A DNA stretch of 12,846 nt, taken from contig JAYODI010000119.1 of the NCBI GenBank assembly GCA_038279365.1, positions 1-12,846 of the forward strand, read 5' to 3'. The notes beneath the pieces were generated by a model. The model ran no database searches. It saw only the letters and a program-made list of their open reading frames with translations, and had not been told where the DNA came from. A program made the translations under genes and the position numbers. Each line of letters starts with the position of its first letter. Positions within the stretch are counted from its first letter, which is position 1. The DNA is from Candidatus Latescibacterota bacterium (lineage in GTDB: Bacteria > Latescibacterota > UBA2968). Of the stretch, positions 1 to 7,550 are shown one piece after another.

Positions 1-1
1 G

Positions 2-85
2 AATTACGAGAAGGGTAAAGTTATTGCGGTGAAGATGCCATCTCGAGGAGTCATAGATATTACAATTAAAGCTTGGGGTTTATAA
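2..85 (+). CDS. 3' end of an unidentified gene (partial, runs in from the left edge)
   Basis: Frame +2 is open from base 2 to TAA at 83-85 (NYEKGKVIAVKMPSRGVIDITIKAWGL*), and a terminator-like hairpin follows 30 nt later. Too short to assign a family. Confidence 0.45.
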   Translation, partial: NYEKGKVIAVKMPSRGVIDITIKAWGL

Positions 86-115
86 CCCATTGAATCGTGA
101 TGCTTACCCGTTTTT

Positions 116-158
116 AAAAATCATCCACACTACACAACCGTGGGTGATTTTTCTTTTT
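116..158 (+). terminator. Intrinsic (Rho-independent) terminator
   Basis: AAAAATCATCCAC (116-128) pairs with GTGGGTGATTTTT (140-152) with one G-U, 11-nt loop, followed by CTTTTT. Confidence 0.75.
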
Positions 159-229
159 CAAACCCAATCGACTGACTATCTTATCGTGTCACTTGGACCA
201 ACAAAAAATAACAGACTGAGGAGAAATAC

Positions 230-991
230 ATGGCGTGTGTGATCATCACAGGTGGTGCAACGGGTATTGGTGCCGCCACGGTTAGAAAATTTGCGACTGA
301 AGGTTTTGATGTTGCCGTATTAGATGTCAACGTAGAAGCAGGAACAAAACTGGCTGAAGAAAAACACAAAGGATCTATCACTTTTTTTCAAGCCGATGTC
401 AGCAACAAAGATGGCATCAAAAAAGCGGTAGACCAAGCCGTTGAAAAACTCGGCCCACCCACCGTCCTCTTTGCCAATGCAGGCATCCAACGTCTCTCCA
501 GCCTCTTTGACCTCAAAGAAGAAGACGTCGATACCATTATCAACATCAACCTCAAAGGCGCAATCTACACCGTATTGGCCGTGGCCACACATATGCGCGA
601 ACAAAAAAGTGGCAACATCGTGCTCATGGGATCAGACCAAGCCTTTGTCGGCAAAGAAGGGTCTATTGTTTACGGTGCCACCAAAGGCGCAGTTGCCCAA
701 CTCACCAAAAGCCTTTCTGTAGAACTCACACCGTTAGGCATACGCGTCAATGCCGTGTGCCCTGCCACAGTAAAAACCCCACTCACCGACGGTGTCTTTC
801 GCTTCTTAGCCGACAAACACTTCAATGGCGACATTGATGCCGCCTGGCAAGCCGAAGCCGACATGTTGCCCATTGGTCGTGTGGCACAACCTTCAGAAAT
901 AGCCGAAGTGGTCTACTTTTTAAGCCAACCCGCATCGTCCTTTATGACCGGCGCACTCGTACCCGTTGATGGTGGCCTCACCGCTCAATAA
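230..991 (+). CDS. Classical short-chain dehydrogenase/reductase (SDR), probably NAD(H)-dependent
   Basis: TGGATGIG Rossmann motif, Asp at the end of beta-2 (VLDVN), NAG, catalytic Ser (MGSD), YGATK (YxxxK), RVNAVCP and C-terminal TG...VDGG. SD GAGGAG just upstream of the ATG. Confidence 0.95.
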   Translation: MACVIITGGATGIGAATVRKFATEGFDVAVLDVNVEAGTKLAEEKHKGSITFFQADVSNKDGIKKAVDQAVEKLGPPTVLFANAGIQRLSSLFDLKEEDVDTIININLKGAIYTVLAVATHMREQKSGNIVLMGSDQAFVGKEGSIVYGATKGAVAQLTKSLSVELTPLGIRVNAVCPATVKTPLTDGVFRFLADKHFNGDIDAAWQAEADMLPIGRVAQPSEIAEVVYFLSQPASSFMTGALVPVDGGLTAQ

Positions 992-1000
992 ATCCAATTT

Positions 1001-2971
1001 ATGAATCAAAAACGTCAAATCAGAAACCTCGGTATCCTCGCCCATGTTGATGCTGGTAAAACAACCGTCACCGAAAACATGCTTTTCTTAAGTGGCAGTA
1101 CCCGCACACTTGGTGACGTCAACAAAGGCACCACCTTATCCGATGGTTTGGATGTCGAAAAGAAGAGAGGTATTTCAGTTCGTGCATCTACATTCTCATT
1201 CACGTGGAAAGATGTACAAATCAACCTCATTGACACACCCGGTCACGTTGATTTTTCTGCCGAAGTTGAACGTTCTCTGCGCGTATTGGATTGCGCCGTC
1301 TTGGTGCTTTCGGCAGTAGAAGGCATTCAAGCCCACACCGAAACGATCTGGTATGCCCTGCAAGCACTCAACATCCCCGTCATCTTCTTCATCAACAAAA
1401 TAGACCGCATGGGCGCAAACACCCAAGCGGTCATCAACAAACTCAAACAAGAATTTTCACCCGACATCATCTTGCTCAACCACGCAGAAAACGAAGGCGA
1501 TACCCACGCAACAACTCGGCCATTAACAGAAGAACAACTCAAAGAACAAACCGAAAAAATAGCCGAAAAAGACGACATGCTCCTTGAAAAATATTTCAAC
1601 GAAGCCCCCATCACCTCCGACCAACTTCAAACATCGCTCGCCCAATCGGTTCGCAACCGCCACCTCTTTCCTGTTTTATGTGGCGTGGCAAAAAACAACA
1701 TCGGCATCGAACCCTTGCTCGACGCCATTTTTCAATACTTCCCCAATGCCAATACAGAAACAGATCAACCCGTATCTGCCGTTGTCTATCGTTTAGAACA
1801 CGATCCCAAACTTGGGCGCATTGCGGGCATTCGCCTGTATCGCGGCCAACTCAAAAACCGCGACATTGTTCACAATATCACCGCAGACCGAGAAGAAAAA
1901 ATCACCCAAATCAAAAAACCTGCCTTGAACAAATTTGAAGACACGGGCTTGATCCAAGCAGGCGACATTGGTTTTGTGTGTGGCATGCCCGATGTTCAAA
2001 TTGGCGACATTTTAGGCGACCCAACACCCGTTCCGGGAAACCATACGCTCAATGCCCCCTTGTTATCCGTTCAGGTCATCCCCACCAACGAGGCCGATCA
2101 CACACCCTTAGCAGAAGCCTTGCAACAATTGGCCAGTGAAGACCCACACTTAAACTTTCAATGGTTTCCCGACGAACGCGAACTCCACGTCAAAATTATG
2201 GGTGCCATTCAAACCGAAATTCTCACCGACATCTTGCAAACCCGCTTTGGCATTCAAGCCACATTTGGCGACCCAACGGTCATATACAAAGAAACCCCAT
2301 CGACCACCGGATACGGAACCGAGCGTTACACCATGCCCAAACCCTGTTGGGCCATTGTCACCTACCGCATAGAGCCAGGAGAACTGGGCAGTGGCATCAC
2401 CTATCACTCTGAAGTGGCCACCAACGACATCAAACAAAAATATCAAAATGAAATTATACGCAACTTGCCCGAAGCCGTACACCAAGGCCCAAGAGGCTGG
2501 GAAGTGACCGACATCAAAATCACACTCACTGAAGGCAGTGATCACGTTTTACACAGTCGTCCTGGCAACTTTAGATTGGCCACCAACATTGCCATCCTTC
2601 GTGGGCTCACCGACATAGGCACCACACTCTTAGAACCCTTTTTGACGTTTCGAATCACCGCACCTGAAGAATTTGTGGGCAAAGTATCCTCTGACATCAT
2701 CACCATGCGCGGCACATTGGAACCCGCCGAAATGGCCGATGGCCGATTCACCCTCAAAGGGCGCGTGCCCCTCGCCACCAGCTTAGACTACGCCATGCGC
2801 CTGAGTTCACAAACCGGTGGCAAAGCCACGCTCTCCGCTCATTTTGATGGCTACGAACCATGTGCCGATGAGTTGGGGATCATTCGCCCCTACAAAGGCA
2901 TTTGCCCCTTAGACCGATCCAAATACATTCTCAAGATGCGCGGCGCAATCACCGAAACGGTGAACAAATAA
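1001..2971 (+). CDS. Translational GTPase of the Tet ribosomal protection protein (TetM/TetO/TetB(P))-like branch of the EF-G family; function not established
   Basis: 656 aa (RPP-like length). G1 AHVDAGKTT, G2 RGIS, G3 DTPGH, G4 NKID. Domain III EDP and GAIQTEIL, VIYKETP, GWEVTDIKIT, LLEP, and an RPP-like C-terminal tail (PLDRSKYILKMR). Lacks the TetM/TetO YYSPVST loop. Confidence 0.85.
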   Translation: MNQKRQIRNLGILAHVDAGKTTVTENMLFLSGSTRTLGDVNKGTTLSDGLDVEKKRGISVRASTFSFTWKDVQINLIDTPGHVDFSAEVERSLRVLDCAVLVLSAVEGIQAHTETIWYALQALNIPVIFFINKIDRMGANTQAVINKLKQEFSPDIILLNHAENEGDTHATTRPLTEEQLKEQTEKIAEKDDMLLEKYFNEAPITSDQLQTSLAQSVRNRHLFPVLCGVAKNNIGIEPLLDAIFQYFPNANTETDQPVSAVVYRLEHDPKLGRIAGIRLYRGQLKNRDIVHNITADREEKITQIKKPALNKFEDTGLIQAGDIGFVCGMPDVQIGDILGDPTPVPGNHTLNAPLLSVQVIPTNEADHTPLAEALQQLASEDPHLNFQWFPDERELHVKIMGAIQTEILTDILQTRFGIQATFGDPTVIYKETPSTTGYGTERYTMPKPCWAIVTYRIEPGELGSGITYHSEVATNDIKQKYQNEIIRNLPEAVHQGPRGWEVTDIKITLTEGSDHVLHSRPGNFRLATNIAILRGLTDIGTTLLEPFLTFRITAPEEFVGKVSSDIITMRGTLEPAEMADGRFTLKGRVPLATSLDYAMRLSSQTGGKATLSAHFDGYEPCADELGIIRPYKGICPLDRSKYILKMRGAITETVNK

Positions 2972-2993
2972 ACGAATAGACAAATAGACGAAC
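2962..2993. repeat. Degenerate 8-bp tandem repeat, 4 copies
   Basis: GAACAAAT-AAACGAAT-AGACAAAT-AGACGAAC (consensus RRACRAAY), spanning the GTPase stop codon. Confidence 0.6.
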
Positions 2994-2995
2994 CA

Positions 2996-3076
2996 GTGAG
3001 TGCGTGAAACACAAGTTCTCGAAGAGAACGCACCTGTGGTGCCCCATTGCTCACAAGCGAAGCGAGTAGTAAGCGA
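2996..3076 (+). other. Unexplained multi-hairpin structured element (candidate ncRNA/3'UTR structure or ssDNA signal)
   Basis: GTG-AAA-CAC (3004-3012), GTTCTC-GAA-GAGAAC (3015-3029) and GCACC-TGT-GGTGC (3030-3042), enclosed by GTGAGTG (2996-3002)/TGCTCAC (3048-3054), then GCGAAGC (3057-3063). Confidence 0.5.
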
Positions 3077-3082
3077 ATATTG

Positions 3083-3113
3083 TTTTTGTTTTTTTTTACT
3101 TTTTTTTTTTTTT
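3083..3113. repeat. Long T-rich low-complexity tract
   Basis: T5-G-T9-AC-T14, read directly from the sequence. Confidence 0.85.
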
Positions 3114-3165
3114 GGATTTTAAAACATATTACTTTTATAAACACCCCCCCATCACTGCACCCAAT

Positions 3166-3196
3166 AAAAAAGCGACCCCCTTGGGTCGCTTTTTTT
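3166..3196. terminator. Bidirectional intrinsic terminator between the convergent GTPase and gcvPB genes
   Basis: A6-GCGACCC-CCTT-GGGTCGC-T7: perfect 7-bp stem with a U tract on both strands, 20 nt past the gcvPB stop. Confidence 0.92.
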
Positions 3197-3216
3197 GTTT
3201 ACAAAAACTCACAAAC

Positions 3217-4659
3217 TCAGCTCTTACGCCACCTCAAAATGGGCTGACGTGCCGCCGTTGCCTCATCCAAACGCCGCACAGGCGTTTCGTGAGGGGCTTC
3301 CTTTAAAATCTCGGGTGTGTCTGCTGCTTCTTTGGCAATCTTAATCATCACCTCAATAAACTCATCCACCTGCTCCAAGCTCTCCGTCTCCGTCGGTTCA
3401 ATCAACATCGTTTCGGGTGCCACATTGGGCAACGGAAAATAAATCGTCGGCGGATGCATGCCATAGTCGATCAACCGCTTGGCAATATCGGTGGCAGTAA
3501 TGCCGTTGGCCTTTTTTTGACGCGAAGCCGAATACACCATCTCATGCATCGGTTGTGCTTGTTTGGGCCGATCAAAAAATGGGTCTAATTTCTTGGCAAT
3601 ATAATTTGCATTCAGCACCGCCATCTCACTCGTGCGCTTCATGCCCTCGGCACCCAACATCAAAGCATAAACATAAGCCCGAAGCACCATCCCAAAATTG
3701 CCATAAAAAGAACTCACTTTGCCAATCGTCTGGGGCCGATCAAAGTCCAACTTAAAATCGTCCCCAACTTTGGTCACAACAGGTGTTGGCAAAAAGGGCA
3801 ATAAAGATTTTTTCACACCCACGGGTCCAGAGCCTGGTCCACCACCACCATGAGGCGTTGTAAAAGTCTTATGCAAATTGATGTGCACCACATCAAAACC
3901 CATATCACCAGGGCGACACTGTCCCAAAAAGGCATTCAAATTGGCACCATCATAATACAACAAACCACCCACACCGTGTACCAACTCGGCAATTTCCTGA
4001 ATTTGATCTTCAAACACACCAAACGTATTGGGGTTGGTCAACATCAATCCAGCCACATCGTCTGACAAATACTTTTTCAAATCTTCTACATCCACCGTTC
4101 CACGTGGCGTCGATTTAATCGCTTGCACCTTGTAGCCACACATCGCCGCCGTTGCCGGATTGGTACCGTGTGCCGAATCGGGAATCAACACCACCTTCTT
4201 GTTATTCCCTTTGGCTTCGTGATACGCAGCCATGAGTGAAATCCCAACAAATTCGCCCTGAGCACCCGCAGCAGGCTGAAAAGTAAACCCGTCCATCCCG
4301 CTCACTTCTTTCAAAATCCGTTCCATCTCCCAAATCACTTGCAAGGCGGGTTGGGCATCTTCGGCCATCGGGTGCAACCCTGCCAACGCAGGCACACGCG
4401 CCGCTTTTTCATGCACGCGCGGATTGTATTTCATCGTGCACGAACCCAAAGGATAAAATTGGGTATCAATGCTAAAATTCATTCGCGACAAAGCCGTATA
4501 ATGACGAATCAATTCCAGTTCACCCACCTCGGGCAATGCCGGTGGTGTGGTGCGTTTCATATTTTCAGGAATGGGTGTGGTCATCTTCCCTGCATCGGGA
4601 AAAGTGGCACACCGTCGTCCTGCAGCACCGCGTTCAAAAATCAATGATTCCCGATCCAT
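3217..4659 (-). CDS. gcvPB: Glycine dehydrogenase (decarboxylating) subunit 2 (glycine cleavage P-protein beta)
   Basis: YPLGSCTMKYNP, QPAAGAQGE, SAHGTNPATA, YYDGANLNA, PLP-lysine motif HINLHKTFTTPHGGGGPG, IEPTETE. Start placed at ATG 4659 rather than 4674: TAATG overlap with the gcvPA stop and GGAGG 8 nt upstream. Confidence 0.97.
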   Translation of the reverse strand: MDRESLIFERGAAGRRCATFPDAGKMTTPIPENMKRTTPPALPEVGELELIRHYTALSRMNFSIDTQFYPLGSCTMKYNPRVHEKAARVPALAGLHPMAEDAQPALQVIWEMERILKEVSGMDGFTFQPAAGAQGEFVGISLMAAYHEAKGNNKKVVLIPDSAHGTNPATAAMCGYKVQAIKSTPRGTVDVEDLKKYLSDDVAGLMLTNPNTFGVFEDQIQEIAELVHGVGGLLYYDGANLNAFLGQCRPGDMGFDVVHINLHKTFTTPHGGGGPGSGPVGVKKSLLPFLPTPVVTKVGDDFKLDFDRPQTIGKVSSFYGNFGMVLRAYVYALMLGAEGMKRTSEMAVLNANYIAKKLDPFFDRPKQAQPMHEMVYSASRQKKANGITATDIAKRLIDYGMHPPTIYFPLPNVAPETMLIEPTETESLEQVDEFIEVMIKIAKEAADTPEILKEAPHETPVRRLDEATAARQPILRWRKS

Positions 4660-5996
4660 TAAATGGTCCTCCACACATCAACAAGGCGAGAAATATCAGC
4701 CTCGGTTTTCTTTTCGGTCACACACGTCAAAATACAATTGTCTAACTCAGGATAAAAACGACCCAAATCAATACCTGCCGAAATCCCTTGTGCGCGCAAA
4801 CGCCCCAACACATCAGACGCTTTGCCATCCACTTTGAGCACAAATTCATTAAAAACCGGCCCAGAAAACGGCGTTGACACATGCTCAAGCGCAGACAAAC
4901 CGTCTAATGCCATATGCGCGCGGTTCCAATTTAACTCACCCACCTCACGCATCCCTTGTGGCCCAAGCGCCGCCAAAAACACCGTCACGGCCGTGGCACA
5001 TAAGGTCTGATTTGTACAGATATTTGACGTGGCTTTATCGCGTCGAATGTGTTGCTCACGCGTTTGTAATGTTAGCACAAAACCGCGCTTGCCATCTATA
5101 TCGGTTGTTTGCCCACAAATGCGCCCAGGCATCTTGCGCAAATGTTCTTCACGCGCGGTAAAAAAACCCACATAAGGCCCGCCATAAGCAAGCGGCAAAC
5201 CCAACGGCTGGCCATCGCCCACCACAATATCGGCACCAAAATCACCCGGTGGCCGAATCACGCCCAGTGACATCGGATTCACACACACCACAAAAGCCGC
5301 TTTGGAAGGTGTCACAAGATCACCAATTTCATCCAGCGCTTCCAGCACACCCAAAAAGTTAGGATTTTGAACCACCACAGCGGCCGTATTTTCATTCAAC
5401 TCACGTTTCAAAGCCGCAATATCCAAACCACCCGTTTCTGTCCACGGGATCTCCACGATCTCCAGATTGATGCCCTTCACATACGTTTCTATCACCTGTT
5501 TATAAAACGGATGCAAACTGCGTGGCAACAGCACACGTGAACCACCATTGATGCGCACAGACATCAACACGGCTTCAGCAAGTGCCGAAGAACCGTCATA
5601 CATCGACGCATTTGCCGCATCCATTCCTGTTAGCTCACACATCATCGTCTGAAATTCAAAAATCGCACGCAAAGTGCCTTGGCTTACTTCGGGTTGATAA
5701 GGCGTATAGGCCGTAAAAAATTCGCCCCGCGAAATCATGGCATCAACCACACTGGGTGTAAAATGGTCGTATGCCCCACCCCCCAAAAATGACAGATCGG
5801 GTGCTTGTTTAGAAATCTTTGATGCCAAACCATCCACAATCTGTAAAACTTCCATCTCACTGATGCCCGGTGCTAATTTTAAATCCTTAACCCGCAACTT
5901 TTCAGGAATGGGAGCAAACAAATCATCTGCCGAACGCAAACCAATGGTTTGGAGCATATGCTGTACATCTGCATCTGTATGCGGTGTATAATTCAT
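4659..5996 (-). CDS. gcvPA: Glycine dehydrogenase (decarboxylating) subunit 1 (glycine cleavage P-protein alpha)
   Basis: MNYTPHT start, FLGGGAYDH, TAYTPYQPEVSQG, NASMYDG, GGPYVG, LTLQTREQHIRRDKATSNICTNQ. SD GAGGAGAGG upstream. Confidence 0.97.
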   Translation of the reverse strand: MNYTPHTDADVQHMLQTIGLRSADDLFAPIPEKLRVKDLKLAPGISEMEVLQIVDGLASKISKQAPDLSFLGGGAYDHFTPSVVDAMISRGEFFTAYTPYQPEVSQGTLRAIFEFQTMMCELTGMDAANASMYDGSSALAEAVLMSVRINGGSRVLLPRSLHPFYKQVIETYVKGINLEIVEIPWTETGGLDIAALKRELNENTAAVVVQNPNFLGVLEALDEIGDLVTPSKAAFVVCVNPMSLGVIRPPGDFGADIVVGDGQPLGLPLAYGGPYVGFFTAREEHLRKMPGRICGQTTDIDGKRGFVLTLQTREQHIRRDKATSNICTNQTLCATAVTVFLAALGPQGMREVGELNWNRAHMALDGLSALEHVSTPFSGPVFNEFVLKVDGKASDVLGRLRAQGISAGIDLGRFYPELDNCILTCVTEKKTEADISRLVDVWRTI

Positions 5997-6006
5997 AAAC
6001 CTCTCC

Positions 6007-6606
6007 TCACATCCGATCTAAAATCTTTTGCCAAATCGTTGCCGCTTGTTCTTGGCATACATCTGGTGTTGTGTCATTTTTAATCACAAAATCAGCCACA
6101 CGCACTTTTTCTGCTTGTGGCAATTGTGCAGCCATTCTGTCTTTGACCTGTGCTTCCGTAATACCCAACCGATGCATCGTACGTTTCAAGCGCACATCAT
6201 CAGGTGCCGTCACCACCACCAACACATCCACCAACTCCTTGGGGTTGCCGCGTTCTACAAGCAACGCGGCATCAACAACCACAGGGCGCTTTGGATCGTC
6301 ATCCAAAGCCTGCTGAATTTTTTTGCGCAACAACGCACGCAAAGGGGGCCATACAATGGCATCGAGCTTATCGCGCTGTTCGTGAGAAGCAAATGCACGT
6401 TGCCCCAAAATACGGCGAATGATGTGACCTTCTCCATCTAAAATATCAGCACCAAACGCATCGGCCAAATGTCGTATCACCTGTGGGTCGCGAATCGTTT
6501 CGTGCCCCACCACATCGGCATCAACTACAAACCCGCCCAAGTTGGCAAAAATTTGACTCACGGTGCTCTTACCAGCCCCAGTGCCGCCCGTAACGCCCAC
6601 AATCAC
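6007..6606 (-). CDS. coaE: Dephospho-CoA kinase
   Basis: N-terminal P-loop GVTGGTGAGKST, DAD, 'R..LG..AF', VVDAALLVE, RMAAQLP, ADFVIKND; 199 aa. The GTG start overlaps the upstream TGA (GTGA), with a GGAGG SD. Confidence 0.95.
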   Translation of the reverse strand: MIVGVTGGTGAGKSTVSQIFANLGGFVVDADVVGHETIRDPQVIRHLADAFGADILDGEGHIIRRILGQRAFASHEQRDKLDAIVWPPLRALLRKKIQQALDDDPKRPVVVDAALLVERGNPKELVDVLVVVTAPDDVRLKRTMHRLGITEAQVKDRMAAQLPQAEKVRVADFVIKNDTTPDVCQEQAATIWQKILDRM

Positions 6607-7541
6607 GTTTCATCCTCCGCCCGATAGACCTTTAACTGCATCTCTTCAAACCGCTCTTCCGCTTCCCACCGTCGCAACTTGGCCCGATTGCGCAAACGCA
6701 CCGCCACCGAAGCCATTAAAAAAAGCAGCACCAGATATCCCCACAGGGAATCTGGTGAAACAAGCAGTGCCGTTACGCTGAACCGACCCGAAACATAATC
6801 TTGCCAAGCCCCTTCAAATTCATAGGGTGTCTTTTCTGTTACACGAAACAAGGCCACATCAAATGGGGCACCATGAGACAGCTCACTGATCATGGCCACA
6901 ATGGCATTTTCGCCACCCAAACGAATGATATATAAAACGGCCAACAAGCTTTCTGTATAGGCCAAATCTGCTTTGACAGAAGAAAACTGAAGCACAGAAT
7001 CAATTTCTGACAACGGAATCAGACCACCCGAAAGCACCGCATACACAACCGAAGCCGTATGTTGCAAGCGCCACTCTTGGGAAACCCACATGGCCACGCC
7101 TTCATTAAACCAAACAGGCACCCGCCCCACCGCCCCATGCAACAACACATGCGACAACTCGTGCTGGATAATTTGTGTTCTGCGTTCGAAATTGCCGACT
7201 TTCAGCACAATGGTACGTGAAACCGGCATCGCCACAGCCGCGCTCCAATGTGGCAAACGCCCCTGTGTTAACGCATCAAAATCGCTTTGAGAGGGCGTCA
7301 AATAAACCGTGATCGGTATGGGGGGAATATGCCCCAACTTTTTGCGCACCACTTCGCGTTGCAACACCAACTCATCTAAAAATCTTTTGGTTGATTCAGA
7401 GTCTGACAATTGGTGATGCAGTGTCAAACCATCTCGATCTATAACTCGCCATTCACTGGCCGATACAACCGTCAAACCAAACCAAAATACGGCAAACACA
7501 ACAACCAACCCTTTAAGTATCAGCTGTTTCATGTTTGCCAT
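6603..7541 (-). CDS. Membrane-anchored zinc metallopeptidase, gluzincin/peptidase MA-like domain
   Basis: HELSH (HExxH) followed by VPVWFNEGVA (third zinc ligand Glu) and a downstream LAY..S. Hydrophobic N-terminal signal/TM segment and a C-terminal TM helix followed by a basic cytoplasmic tail. The start may be 7532 instead. Confidence 0.85.
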   Translation of the reverse strand: MANMKQLILKGLVVVFAVFWFGLTVVSASEWRVIDRDGLTLHHQLSDSESTKRFLDELVLQREVVRKKLGHIPPIPITVYLTPSQSDFDALTQGRLPHWSAAVAMPVSRTIVLKVGNFERRTQIIQHELSHVLLHGAVGRVPVWFNEGVAMWVSQEWRLQHTASVVYAVLSGGLIPLSEIDSVLQFSSVKADLAYTESLLAVLYIIRLGGENAIVAMISELSHGAPFDVALFRVTEKTPYEFEGAWQDYVSGRFSVTALLVSPDSLWGYLVLLFLMASVAVRLRNRAKLRRWEAEERFEEMQLKVYRAEDET

Positions 7542-7550
7542 TTTTGGATT

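Noticed and set aside
155..182. Possible SDR promoter TTTTCA-16 bp-TATCTT
   Set aside because: Weak -35 that overlaps the terminator U tract; not distinguishable from chance.
1001..2971. Calling the GTPase tetM/tetO/tetB(P) or fusA
   Set aside because: It lacks the YYSPVST loop of validated RPPs, and the RGITI and GSYHDVDS motifs and ribosomal-operon context of EF-G, so no symbol was assigned.
2962..2993. CRISPR array
   Set aside because: Units are 8 bp and contiguous with no spacers, and there are no cas genes in the window.
2996..3054. tRNA, group II intron fragment or ribozyme reading of the cloverleaf
   Set aside because: Only ~59 nt with 3-nt loops, no TTCG T-loop in a tRNA position, no anticodon loop, no domain V consensus and no hammerhead CUGAnGA core.
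2890..3306. Short ORFs 2890-3144(-), 3047-3247(+), 3112-3306(+)
   Set aside because: Their poly-Lys/poly-Phe content comes from the T tract, or they cross the terminator and overlap real genes; none has a convincing SD.
4660..4674. Upstream GTG start for gcvPB given by the ORF track
   Set aside because: The segment contains the GGAGG SD for ATG 4659, which overlaps the gcvPA stop (TAATG).
5997..6006. Glycine riboswitch upstream of gcvPA
   Set aside because: The gap is only 10 nt and holds just the SD sequence.
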